A stretch of DNA of 63,853 nt, counting the filler, from Cystobasidiomycetes sp. EMM_F5 (taxonomy: Eukaryota): the NCBI GenBank assembly GCA_051047955.1. It is 7 parts of 7 records of this genome, joined end to end, with 100 filler letters (N's around TTAATTAATTAA, not from the genome) between each part and the next. Parts side by side here need not be neighbours in the genome. Positions count along the whole stretch, not along the records: positions 49,476 to 56,933 come from JBPGPT010000082.1; positions 57,034 to 63,853 come from JBPGPT010000083.1; 5 more parts are not named here. One strand, given 5' to 3'. The translations under genes were made by a program, and so were the position numbers. The notes below the pieces were generated by a model. The model did no database searches and was not told where the DNA came from. It was given only the letters and a program-made list of their open reading frames with translations. This document shows positions 49,684 to 60,966 of this stretch, piece by piece (positions within the stretch are counted from its first letter, which is position 1; each line of letters starts with the position of its first letter).

Positions 49684-50210
49684 TGTCAGACCGTGACATC
49701 ACCCCCGTCTGTAGCTCTGAGCTCCTGCGAAGCGGTTTCGGGTGTTCGGCCGAAAATTTGCTGAATTTGGCAATACCTCTTGAAGAAGAAGTTGTACGGA
49801 ATTTTCGATCACTTTTTCGATCTCGTGAGAAAATATGCTTCCGAATGGTACATAATAAGAAGGGGGTTCCGAAAACTCGATCGCTGACTAAGCATAGTCG
49901 TAGTGCCACCAAAACGTGGCACATTCGAAATCAAAATTGTTCCCTGATTCTCGGCGATCATTTTGGTGTACTTGGTATAGGGGGTTGTCGATCTTGTTTT
50001 AGAGTAATTCGACTTTTAGTGCCAAAAGTTGGGATATATATAGGTGGTTCATATTTGATCCTAGTACCAAAAAGTTTTTCGGGCGACCTAGCTTACTGGT
50101 CGGGTACCTGCTTAGTCATCTTTGGCAGCGGGTCACGGGTTCGAGTCCCGAAGCACGAAATTCTTAAGACCGCAGAAATTCGCCAATTTCGGATTGTGGA
50201 CGTCATCACA
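49684..50210 (-). repeat. Probable LTR of element 2
   Basis: On the minus strand it begins TGTGATGAC just after a purine-rich AGGGGAGG (50217-50224) and ends ...TCTGACA. No second copy in the window confirms the left boundary. Confidence 0.5.
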
Positions 50211-50639
50211 GCGGTGCCTCCCCTGGTGTGATGACTAAGCGTTCGGGTTGTCGGGTTTCCTCTATCCTTAAGTCCGACTAGACCGAACTGTGATGCTTTG
50301 CCGGAGATATCCGGTAGGGGGAGGCCATCACAGTGACGTCGAAGTCGGATGGGTAGAGGTCGAGTCGAGCGAACGGGATGATCGTACCTTGCAGCCGGTC
50401 GAGAGGACGTACCTGGTCTTGGACCGGGGAACCTCTTTGCCGAAAGTTACAAGGTGTTCGGGTTCGGCTTTCGGGTTTCGGGTGTTCGAGTGGAAGAATT
50501 GGAATCTTCCAAAGTTCGATCACGGAAGGTTCGATTGGGATTGGGTTTATAAGGCGCGCAGCTTGCTTTCTGCTCTTGTCTTCGTTCCAACCACTTCATT
50601 TGCCACCAACTTTGGGTTTCGTGCCATTCGAAAACAAAG

Positions 50640-51502
50640 ATGTCCGAAAGTTCGAAGCCCCAGGCTAAGCCGGTGGAGTACCATATGGTCGACGGAGAGA
50701 AAGTCAAGATGGCTACCGCATGTCCGCCATGTGTCAATGCGGGCGAGACATGTTATCAAGCGAAAAAGGATGTCGGTAAACCAGGCGAACCGCCTTGCTA
50801 CAGATGCAAGGGCTTGACGAAGGGGCCGAAGTATTGTACCGGTTCGAAGATACCCCCAAAGAGTCCGTCGAAGGTCATCGACATAGTCGATAGTGATTCG
50901 CCTATGGGTATGTCCGAACGTTCGGGTCGAAGTTCAGTTCGGTCTGATGTTATATTGTAGAAGTTGCCTCGAAACCTAAGGCAGTAAAGACCACCAATGA
51001 TGCCACGCCAAAAGCATCCACCGTTCGTATGGCAGAGACTGCAAAGTACGAGCCTCTGGTGCCTTTGGCGGTTCCGGCGATTCGTTCTTGGCAAGAACTC
51101 CTGAGCAAGACGCCTTCGGCCTCCTATTTGATGTCCGAACGTAGCTTGGACACGAAGGTTCGTAGTCTTTGCACTGCTTTGTTCAACAGTACCGCTTGCG
51201 GGGCCGACAATGCTCGAACAGTCAACATTATCGAATGGCTCGAGTTCGCTTTTGCCAAATCGAAGGCAGGTGTTTCGGTTGCCGAAGTGCGACAGGCGAC
51301 CGAACAGCACGAAGTGCAATTCGTCAAGGTCGATAAGGGAAAGAAGCGGGATCTGTCGGAGATGAATGAAGGAGTCCAAATCGAAGAATCGGGTACCGCG
51401 CCCAAGGTACAGGTTCTTGATGTAGAGGCTGGACCTTCGGGAACTTCGGGTGTCGCCGATACTTCGACTAGCACGGAGAATGGGGAGAGTTCGGAGAAGT
51501 AA
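50640..51502 (+). CDS. Antisense accessory gene of element 2; 269 aa, Zn2Cys6-like motif, one intron
   Basis: TATAA at 50548. CPPC-x6-C-x14-CYRC-x9-C. Intron 50908-50960 (GTATGT...CTGAT...TAG) joins the two ORFs in frame. Confidence 0.78.
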
Positions 51503-51708
51503 GGAGGGATGGATTGATATCGGGAAAACGACAAGCATCCGATAGATAGACTTATGTTAAAAGCCAAATAAGGATTAGGCTCTAGTCCACCAAAAAAATA
51601 GTAGTGCAATATAATTATATGTTTGTGACCCGGCTTATGGCCGCGGGTTTCCGACTTCGGGTTTCGACCGAATTTCGGGTCCGAATGTCGGACATGCACA
51701 TTGTTGCA

Positions 51709-54700
51709 CTAACGTCGAACCGCAGGTTCGGAAGTTGTTCGATGTTCCGAAGGGGCTCGCCATACTGGTCGACCACGAGTGTCACTCATAGCTCGAGGTC
51801 GCTTTCGAGGAGTCGAAGGTGTCCGAACAAGATCTTTCGGACTTGGCTTGTGTGGAAACCGAGCGTGATACTCGTCAACTACGTCGGTGAGATTGACTAA
51901 GTCGGCTGCAGGAACCCAGCTGAATTGTTCGGCTGTGTCTTCATATCCTAGCCAATCGATTCGGTACTCTAAACGGTGTTTGCGTTTGTTGATTCGGGAG
52001 TCGACGATGTCTCGAACAGCATAGACTTCTTCTTCGAGGTCGACAGGACCAGGAGGTTCAACTGTACGGCCTTCAATAGTACTTTCGGGTATAGGCCGAA
52101 GTAGAGCTACGTGGAAGACAGGATGGATTGCCGAAAGTTCTGGAGGTAAGTCCAGTTTGTATGCTAGTTCGGAGATCTTTTCTGAGACGGTGAAGGGTCC
52201 GATGTACTTTTCGGAGAACTTGCGAGTTGGTCGAGTTGTTCGGAGGTTTTCCGTCGAGAGCAGGACTTGCTTTCCGACTTCGATGGTATGTTCACTCCTT
52301 TTTCGGTCGGCATAATGCTTCTGATCCGCTTGTGCGTTAGACAGTGTGATTCGAATACGGTCATGGAGCTCTTGTAGCTGAAAGGCATATCGATTGCCTG
52401 GTCCAGCAGTGGCGCCGGGGACAACCGACAAAGATGGATCGAATCCATAAATTGCACGGAACGGTGAAGTACCTGTCGATGTATGGTCTGCGTTGTTGTA
52501 CGCAAATTCGGCTAAGGGTAGCCATTCGGACCAGTCGTCTTGCTGGTAAGCGCAATATATGCGGATGTATTGTTCGAGAGTCTGATTGACTCGTTCGGTT
52601 TGACCATCCGTTTCGGGATGGTAGGCTGTAGATAGTTTGCGATTGATACTGAGTCGAGAGCATAAGGCTTTCCAAAACTTGGATACGAACTTCGAGCCGC
52701 GGTCGGACACGATGTCGTCGGGTAAGCCGTGCTTCGAAAATATGTGTTTGAGAAAGAGAGTCGCTAAGTCTCTCGAAGTAGACGTAACTACTGTTGGAAT
52801 GAAGACTGCCATCTTAGTGAAACGACAGACAACGACAAGTATGGAGTCGAAATTATCGGAAGCGGGTAGCTTTTCGATGAAATCCATGGAAAGTGAAGAC
52901 CATGGTCGTTCGGGAACGGGTAAGGGCTGGAGAGGTCCGAAAGGTTTGGTCCTAAGCGGCTTGTTGCGTGCACACTTCATGCAGGTCGCAATGTAGTCGG
53001 AGACGAATTCTTTCGGGGCTCGCCAGTCGGGTCGTCATGCTTTTGACGTAAGATGCGAAGCTTGATGGCTTCATCAGCTGGTACAGCAATTCGGGAATCC
53101 AGGAGAAGTACGCCATCTTCGCGAAGGGACGGAACCAGTTTCGCGTTGGCGACATCAATTTTGGCCTTGTGTTCTTGTAAGATGAGATCTTCATCCTGTG
53201 CACGGATGAGACTGACGACGAAATCATCTTCGGGCGGTTCGATTTGTCGGACCGTCGAGATTTTGGGTGAAATGTGTGAGTGCGTAAGGAAACGCACAGA
53301 AGTTTCGGTAGAATCGAAACCGTTGACTTGATGTGACTTGATCAGAGTCGCGAAATTGTGAGGGTTGTTTCTGGCATAGGCGCCATCCCCTCCGGTAGGA
53401 TACACGTCGTCCCGACGTGACAGTGCATCAGGCTTATCGCTATGTTTACCAGGCCGATACGTAATCGCGAAATTGTAGTCGGCAAGCATTTCGGCCCAGC
53501 GGACCTGCCGTCTGGTGAGTTGCTTATTTGTCATAAAATAGACGAGTGCTTGATGGTCTGTCAAGACCTGGATGGGTTCGGACGTTGAGAGAAGCATCGA
53601 TCTCCATCGCTTGAACGCCCAGACAATAGCGAGTAGCTCCTTGTCATGGATTTCGTAGTTTAGTTCGGCTGGCAATAATTTGCGAGAGTCGAACGCAATG
53701 GGATGTAGAAGACCGTCTTCGCCATTCTGCGATAGGATGGTACCGATAGCATAGTCGGATGCATCGGTCTCCAGATAAGTGGTTGCATTAGGGTCGAAGT
53801 GCCGAAGGATAGGCGCTGAGGTGAACCTAGTCTTGAGTGACTCGAAAGCTGACTGACATTTGTCAGACCAGGTGAAAGCCGAATCCTTCTTCGTAAGCGC
53901 GGTCAAAGGCGAGACGACTTTGGAATAGTCGCGAATAAATCGCCTGTAGAAGTTGGCAAAGCCGAGGAACGACTGGACGGCTTTGACATGCCGAGGAATT
54001 GGCCAGTCGACTACGGTCTGGACCTTAGTCGGGTCCATGCGGAGACCGTTGATGCCCACAAGATAGCCGAGGAATTCGACTTCGGGCACACCGAAAGTAC
54101 ACTTGCTCGCCTTCGCGTATAGATTGTTCGCGCGCAGCAACGAAAGTACTTTTCGGACGTGCTCGACATGCTCGTCGGGGCTGGAAGAATAGACCAGAAT
54201 ATCGTCAAGATAAACAACAACGAAATGGTCGAGGTGTTCCCGGAAAACATCGTTCATGAGATGTTGAAACGCAGAGGGTGCGTTCGTCAAGCCGAAGGGC
54301 ATGACAAGGAATTCAAAGGAGCCGTATCGACAACGGAATGTCGTTTTCCACTCGTGGCCAGCAGCAATTCGCAGAAGGTGATACGCTCCACGAAGGTCGA
54401 TCTTTGAGTAGATGCTAGCTCCGCGCAGCTGCTCCAGAAGAAAGTTGATCGGCGGAAGTGGATACTTGTTCTTCTTGGTTCGGAGATTTAGCTGACGGTA
54501 GTCTATGCACATCCGCAGAGAAGCGTCTTTCTTCTTGACGAATAGCACTGGTGCACCGATGGGTGCAGTGGAAGCTCGGATAAAACCCATAGACAAGAGG
54601 GTGTCAATTTCTGTCTTGAGGGCTTGTGATTCGGCCGAAGAGGTCGAATAGATGGGGCCAACAGCTGGGATGTCAGACTCATCGAGCAGTTCGATGGCAT

Positions 54701-55390
54701 GATCATAAGGGCGGTGCGGTGGAAGGCGTTCCGCTCTGGCCTTGGAGAAAACGTCCAGATATTCGCTATACTCCGAAGGCACGACACGAAGGATATCTTC
54801 GATGTCGTCGGGATCCTCGTCAGGATCGAAAAAGAAAGAGGGGTCGTTGGCGCGAGAACGACCAGATGGTGTGGCAGGACCAGACTTCGTCATAGCTAAA
54901 TGGGAGTCGGTCGGAAGACGTGGAGAGTCCGCAAGCTCCCAGGAATCGTCTGAAATAAGGGGGAACACTAAAGTGCCTTTGTCCCAATCGAAATTCGGTC
55001 GGGCTTTTCGACACCAAGACATGCCAAGTAAGATTCTGGCAGTCGAAGGTAGGGATGTTATGAGAAGTAATGTCGGCAGCGTGGGACCTGCGACATGGCT
55101 AACCACATCGACTATGATGTACTCAGAGATGTCTTCGGCCTGACTTCCATCTACCATGATGAGAGGAATCGGTTCAGGACACGATTGTCGCATGAAACTC
55201 GGGACTAGGGTATGGTCGATGTAAGAGTCGGTGGCACCCGTGTCGATGCATGCGCTGATGATTTGTGCAGAAATCTCGGGAACTTTTACGAAGTGCACAA
55301 TGGACTTAGGCTCTGGCTGACCGTTCCGAATGGTCGAGATGCGCGCTGGTCCAGAGCGAGCCTCCAGGCGCATATGGAGCTCGCTATCTA
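51709..55390 (-). CDS. pol: Pol of element 2 (protease, RT, RNase H, integrase, chromodomain); broken near 53015
   Basis: [58 protein letters not shown]. Deletion and frameshift in the integrase zinc finger. Confidence 0.93.
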
Positions 55391-56824
55391 GTTTTTTGGC
55401 TGTGCTCGGTGAGCAGAGTCATTCGACGCCACTCGAGCTGTGCTTTGTTGAGGCTTGACCGAACAGTGGTCGATCTTGTGAGGACCGCCGCAATATGCGC
55501 ATAGTCCCTTCTCGGCACGACGTGTTCGTTCGGCATCGTTGATACGACCTTTGCTGTTCAGGACCTTGTCGAGGTTTGGTTTGCTCGAAGAAGTGTTGTT
55601 CGACTTTGGCTGGAATCGAACTTGATTGTTCGAACGATTCGGGAAGCGAGTCGAAGGACGGGGAACGAAAGGTCGATATTCTCGTTCGCGTGGAGGTGCG
55701 TCCTCACGAGAACGATGAGATCCTGGCACACTGACTGATGCACCGTAACGTCTACGGCGAAGCTTCTTGTCTCGTTCGGCTTCCCAGTAGGCGTTGTCGA
55801 GCTCGAGCGCTAGCTCCTGAAGACCCGAAAGCGTCAGAGGCTTTCGATGATGTTTGAGGTCTTCGAGAAGTCGTTCGGGAAGACCGAGCTTGAAGTGATA
55901 CATCAAGGAAGCTTGATCCCACATAACGCGAGTCTGATGGGTTCGGAAATGAGTAAGGTAAGTCGATATCTCATCTCTATCGTCCATCTTGATGTTGTTG
56001 AGCTCATGTTCGGCCGTCGCTTCGGCATTCATGTCACCGAAGACAGCGGACAGAGACTCCTTGAACAATGTCCAATTGTTCAGCATACGATATGCTTCGG
56101 GTTTCGTCTCATCCAGGATGGGTTCGAACCAATCGGCTGCAACTCCTCCAAGATACGAGCCAGCATACAGTACTTTGGCTTCGTCCGAACGGAATCGGTT
56201 CTTGTGATGAAGAAATACGATTGCGAGTTGATTCAGAAAAGGGCGGAGTTTCGCACGATTAACTCCATCGAATTTGTCAGCAGATCGTGCAGGAGGTTCC
56301 TTGAAAGAGACGACCTCGCTAGGCTTGCTTTCGGCTCGTTCGGCTCTTGCTGAACTTTGATTTACTAGTGCCTTGGCAATTGCTTTCCAGTCATCATCTT
56401 CGGATGATATTTCGAGTTTCGGAAGGCCATCGTGGTGTCCCGGGTTCTCGACTTCTTCCGAAAAATCACGAGCTGGGTCTTGAGATTCGGTTGGATGTTC
56501 TGCAGCTTCGAGGCTGGCCAGTCGAGCTGCGACTCGGGCCTCTTCGAGTTCGAGACTCTTGAGACGTCTTTGCAGTTCTCGTTCTTTGACTGACAGCTCT
56601 GCATTCTGTACATCCAGATCTACTCGTTCGACTTCAATGCGAGCCTTGCGAGCAGCGACATTCTCTTCGGTTTCGGATGAGAGATTCGAAGGAAGAGTGC
56701 TTTCGGAGATCTTCGTCGCCTGAACATTGGCGGCTCCGACTGGGAACGACGGTTGTGTCGTTGAGAGATCAATGTCGAGAAGTTCTCGATTCTTGTTGCG
56801 AGAGGTTGTGGATCTTGTATCCAT
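55388..56824 (-). CDS. gag: Gag of element 2
   Basis: KFDG...[23 protein letters not shown] (retrotransposon gag pattern); knuckle [13 protein letters not shown]. Confidence 0.9.
   Translation of the reverse strand: MDTRSTTSRNKNRELLDIDLSTTQPSFPVGAANVQATKISESTLPSNLSSETEENVAARKARIEVERVDLDVQNAELSVKERELQRRLKSLELEEARVAARLASLEAAEHPTESQDPARDFSEEVENPGHHDGLPKLEISSEDDDWKAIAKALVNQSSARAERAESKPSEVVSFKEPPARSADKFDGVNRAKLRPFLNQLAIVFLHHKNRFRSDEAKVLYAGSYLGGVAADWFEPILDETKPEAYRMLNNWTLFKESLSAVFGDMNAEATAEHELNNIKMDDRDEISTYLTHFRTHQTRVMWDQASLMYHFKLGLPERLLEDLKHHRKPLTLSGLQELALELDNAYWEAERDKKLRRRRYGASVSVPGSHRSREDAPPREREYRPFVPRPSTRFPNRSNNQVRFQPKSNNTSSSKPNLDKVLNSKGRINDAERTRRAEKGLCAYCGGPHKIDHCSVKPQQSTARVASNDSAHRAQPKN
55391..55397 (-). 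promoter_or_regulatory. -1 ribosomal frameshift heptamer A AAA AAC at the gag stop
   Basis: CCA AAA AAC TAG; the -1 frame continues CTA GAT AGC GAG CTC CAT ATG CGC into pol. Confidence 0.8.
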
Positions 56825-57139
56825 GTTGACATGCGAAGTAGGTATTGGTACTAGTAAACTGTAAGGGGACGTGGCTTTGAGCTGGTTCGAAGACCGAAGA
56901 CTCGAAAGTTCGGACCCGAACTGGGATTCGAAANNNNNNNNNNNNNNNNNNNNNNNNNNNNNNNNNNNNNNNNNNNNTTAATTAATTAANNNNNNNNNNN
57001 NNNNNNNNNNNNNNNNNNNNNNNNNNNNNNNNNTCTTATCTTTTTTAGATAATCTAAAAAGGATAAATAATCGAAACATAAAAAAAAATAAGGGATCAGA
57101 AGGAGCTGAATTTTGAGAATTCAATTAATGTAATAAAAA

Positions 57140-57212
57140 GCTCTGGTAGCTCAAATGGTGAGAGCATCGGTGTGAAGTACCGAATATCTGCGTTCAATCC
57201 GCAGCGAGAGCA
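57140..57212 (+). tRNA. trnF: Mitochondrial tRNA-Phe (GAA)
   Basis: Cloverleaf; anticodon arm TCGGT-GTGAAGT-ACCGA; T-loop TTCAATC. Confidence 0.85.
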
Positions 57213-57508
57213 AAACGAATTATTTTACGTTAAAATATCGGTTTCGTCTTTTAATGTATACAGGTTTAAGCAGTCAAACAAAGGATTTGTCCTTTATAAC
57301 TATTCCTGAATCGAGTGATAATCTTTAGTACGCAGCACTTTTTCCTGTTTTAAAGTGGGGTTTTTTTTTCGCCCATTCTGATTGGTTTTCATTTTTAGAT
57401 TACAATGTTGAAATAATCTCAACAAATAAAAACAAACGATAATCAGGTGCTGGTTTTTATCCTCTGAAAAATAACTTACAATAAAGTTTTGATTTCCTTT
57501 TTCAGGTT

Positions 57509-57573
57509 TCGATTCCTTCTCAAGCTTCTGAATCTTTATAAAATAAAGATTCAGAAGCTTGAGAAGGAATCGA
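57509..57573. repeat. Perfect palindrome, 31-bp arms and 3-nt loop; member of a dispersed mitochondrial hairpin family
   Basis: TCGATTCCTTCTCAAGCTTCTGAATCTTTAT-AAA-ATAAAGATTCAGAAGCTTGAGAAGGAATCGA. Relatives near 57575, 58890, 58990, 59335, 61280 and 61510. Confidence 0.9.
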
Positions 57574-57754
57574 GTTATAAAGCTTCTGAATCTTTATAAA
57601 ATAAAGATTCACATGCTTGATAAGGAATCGAAATGAGTCCATTGCTGAGTTTGTTGAACCTCACAGTAAGAATCAGTAAAAAGAATCCGAAGCTGCGAAA
57701 TAAAGACGCCGTGGATTAAGTAGTAGTAGACGTTAATAGACATACATTAAAAAA

Positions 57755-58735
57755 ATGATAAATGTAAAACGCTCAGAAGCTAAAATTTACGCTACATCTT
57801 TCCGAGTTGCTGAGTCCATTGTTGATTTTTCAACAATTACAAGAATGGGAACTGAAAAACACAGTGTACTGATTAATCACAAACCCCGGTTTGCTTCCAC
57901 AATTTGAAGCGAACAAGTTCGTACCCTGGTTAGTCCTGCCAGATCGTCTTATCAGTTTCATCCCTACCACTTAGTAGATCCTTCTCCCTGACCACTAATA
58001 ACATCCTTTGCTCTGCTAACGCTAACCTTATCTGCAGCAATGTATTTTAACGGCTATGCCAACGGTGGAACTTTATTAACCTTGGGGTTTTTATCCACAT
58101 TATTTGCCATGATTTTATGGTTTAGAGATGTTTCTGCAGAAGGGTCCTTTTTAGGTCACCACACTTTTGCAGTACAAAAAGGGCTTAATTTAGGGGTCGC
58201 TCTTTTTATTGTAAGTGAAGTGTTTTTTTTTATTTCTATTTTTTGAGCTTATTTCCATAGTGCACTAGCCCCTACTGTAGAACTAGGTGCGCACTGACCT
58301 CCAGCAGGAATCGATGCTCTTAATCCTTTTGAAATCCCTTTACTAAACACAATTATTTTACTTTCCTCGGGTGCCACAGTCACGTACGCACATCACTCTT
58401 TAATTAAAGGAGAAAGAAAAGGTACATTATTAGGAATTATTTTAACCGTAGTACTAGCTTTAATTTTCACGGGACTACAAGGTTTAGAGTATCACTTAGC
58501 ACCGTTTACTTTAAGTGACGGAGCTTATGGAAGTACATTCTTTTTTGCAACCGGATTCCATGGTCTTCATGTTATTATCGGTACACTGTTTATTGCAGTG
58601 GCCTTTTTTAGAATTTTATCTTACCATGTTACAGATCACCACCACTTAGGGTTTGAATCTTCCATTTTATACTGACACTTTGTCGACGTTGTCTGACTAT
58701 TTTTATACATTTCTATTTATTGATGAGGAGCTTAA
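57755..58735 (+). CDS. cox3: Cytochrome c oxidase subunit 3 (code 4), with long N-terminal region
   Basis: QFHPYHLVDPSPWP, GHHT, SEVFFF, WPP, PLLNT, TGFHGLHV, YWHFVDVVW; TGA=Trp; intronless. Confidence 0.95.
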
Positions 58736-59092
58736 AAACATCCCTTTTTTCTTAGTTTAAAGTATTTACATTAAAAACATTTGTACCGATTATTTTCATT
58801 CGCAGCGCCTGATTATTGTTTTTTTTTTATTGGTTGAAATTGTTGCTGAGTCAGCAAGTTATCAAGCATCTTCGCAGCTCCGCTGCGAACGAATATTTAT
58901 AAAATAAAGATTCGTTCGCTTTAATATATATTCTTGCGAATACGCCAGAATAACCTTGATAAAGCAACAATGGAATCTAAAAAGGAATCGAGTTATAAAG
59001 CTTCTGAATATTTATAAAATAAATATTCACATGCTTGATAAGGAATCGGAATGAGTCTTAACCGTATACAAACAGTCTTCACTGTAAGACAC

Positions 59093-59164
59093 AGGTCTTT
59101 AGTTTAACGGTTAGAACGAGCAACCGATAATTGCTAAAAGGTGGTTCAATTCCTCCAAGACCTA
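59093..59164 (+). tRNA. trnI: Mitochondrial tRNA-Ile (GAT)
   Basis: Acceptor AGGTCTT/AAGACCT; anticodon arm AGCAA-CCGATAA-TTGCT. Confidence 0.85.
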
Positions 59165-59784
59165 GCATGAAGATAGTTATATGAGCTTCCAGAATAACTA
59201 GGTTAATTTTCAGAACGTATATTTATTAAAGGATTATTTTCTTATACCTTCCGATTATTTTGATTTACAATCAAGTTCTCCTTTTTAGATTCTTTAAAAA
59301 AAAGAAGGAATATGAATGAGTCCATATTTTTTCTCAAGCATGTGAATATTTATTTTATAAATATTCAGAAGCTTTATAACTTTATGTTTCGATTCATTCT
59401 TTTTTAGATAATCTAAAAACAAGCTAATAATACGACCTTCTGGATTTTTACTTAAAAATCAGGGGAGGACCCCGGGGTCTTCACCGTACAGATTTTAAAC
59501 CTGTCCTTAAAATACGCAGGCCGCTGCCTGTTAAAATGTGCTTAGTTAATAATCTTTAATAAAAAAAAATATCTAGCTCATTTTAGTTAGCAATTATATA
59601 ACATTACCAAACACATTCAGTGAAAACCTTTAATATTGTAAATATTCACATATAAGAATATATGAAGATTTATTCTAAATCTTCAGCTATTTTAAGAACA
59701 AGGTTTTTAATGTTTTACTCTAAAAATACAGAGTAGGAGATAAAGGGTTGAAAATAAATTGTTAACGTCTAATAAAATTTAAAC

Positions 59785-60966
59785 ATGAGATTACTAAAAA
59801 CACATCCTATTTTAGGATTATTAAACAGTTATATGGTTGATTCACCTCAGCCAGCTAATATTTCCTATATGTGAAATTTCGGATCACTACTTGGTGCTTG
59901 TCTAGGTATCCAAATTGTAACAGGGGTTACATTAGCTATGCACTATACGCCGTCTGTGGACCTAGCTTTTATCAGCGTTGAGCATATTATGCGGGACGTT
60001 AATTATGGATGACTAATTCGGTATTTACATGCCAACGTTGCATCCTTTTTCTTTATTTTCGTGTACTTACACATTGGTAGAGGTCTATATTACGGGTCAT
60101 ACAAGTATCCTCGTACATTAGTATGATCTATTGGAGTAATTATCCTTGTATTAATGATTATTATTGCCTTTTTAGGTTACGTTTTACCCTACGGGCAAAT
60201 GTCATTATGAGGTGCAACCGTAATTACTAATTTAGTGTCTGCAGTTCCATGAATTGGACAGGACATTGTAGAATTTTTATGAGGGGGATTTTCTGTAAGT
60301 AATGCTACACTTAACCGATTTTACTCGTTACATTTTGTATTACCTTTTGCATTAGCTGCATTAGTAGTAGCTCACTTAATTGCTCTACATGAGCACGGAT
60401 CAGGAAATCCTCTGGGTATCTCTGGAAATACAGACCGAATTCCATTCCATCCTTACTTTACATTTAAAGACTTAGTTACAGTATTTGCCTTTTTACTAGC
60501 TTTATCCATTATTGTTTTCTACGCGCCTAATTTATTAGGGCATAGTGATAATTATATTCCAGCAAATCCTATGCAAACACCTGCATCTATTGTTCCAGAG
60601 TGATATTTATTACCTTTTTATGCCATTTTACGGTCAATTCCAAACAAACTATTAGGGGTTATCGCCATGTTAGCTGCTTTATTGATTCTATTACTAATGC
60701 CTTTACTAGATACATCACGAATTCGAGGGGCGCAATTCCGACCTTTAATGCGAGCTGCTTTCTGAAGTTTAGTCGGAATTTTCTTTAGCTTAATGTACCT
60801 AGGTGCTTGCCATGTAGAAGACCCTTTCATTCTGGTTGGACAAGTATTTACGGCCCTTTATTTTAGTTGATTTTTAGTGCTTGTACCAGTGATTGGGATG
60901 ATTGAAAATACACTGTTAGATCTGGCTACACAAAATAAACCGGGTGATATGAGCCTAGTACATTAA
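59785..60966 (+). CDS. cob: Apocytochrome b (393 aa, code 4, intronless)
   Basis: [50 protein letters not shown]. Confidence 0.97.

Larger units (their letters stand above)
49476..56933 (-). mobile_element. Second Ty3/Gypsy chromovirus (element 2) with antisense accessory gene
   Basis: Gag, -1 slippery site, protease IDTGAT, RT YLDD, RNase H, integrase, chromodomain ([10 protein letters not shown]...YRIDWLGY...SWVP). Confidence 0.95.

Noticed and set aside
49530..50817. 233-aa and 175-aa plus-strand ORFs over the element 2 LTR
   Set aside because: No domain features; they overlap LTR, PPT and promoter and are likely chance frames in motif-biased DNA.
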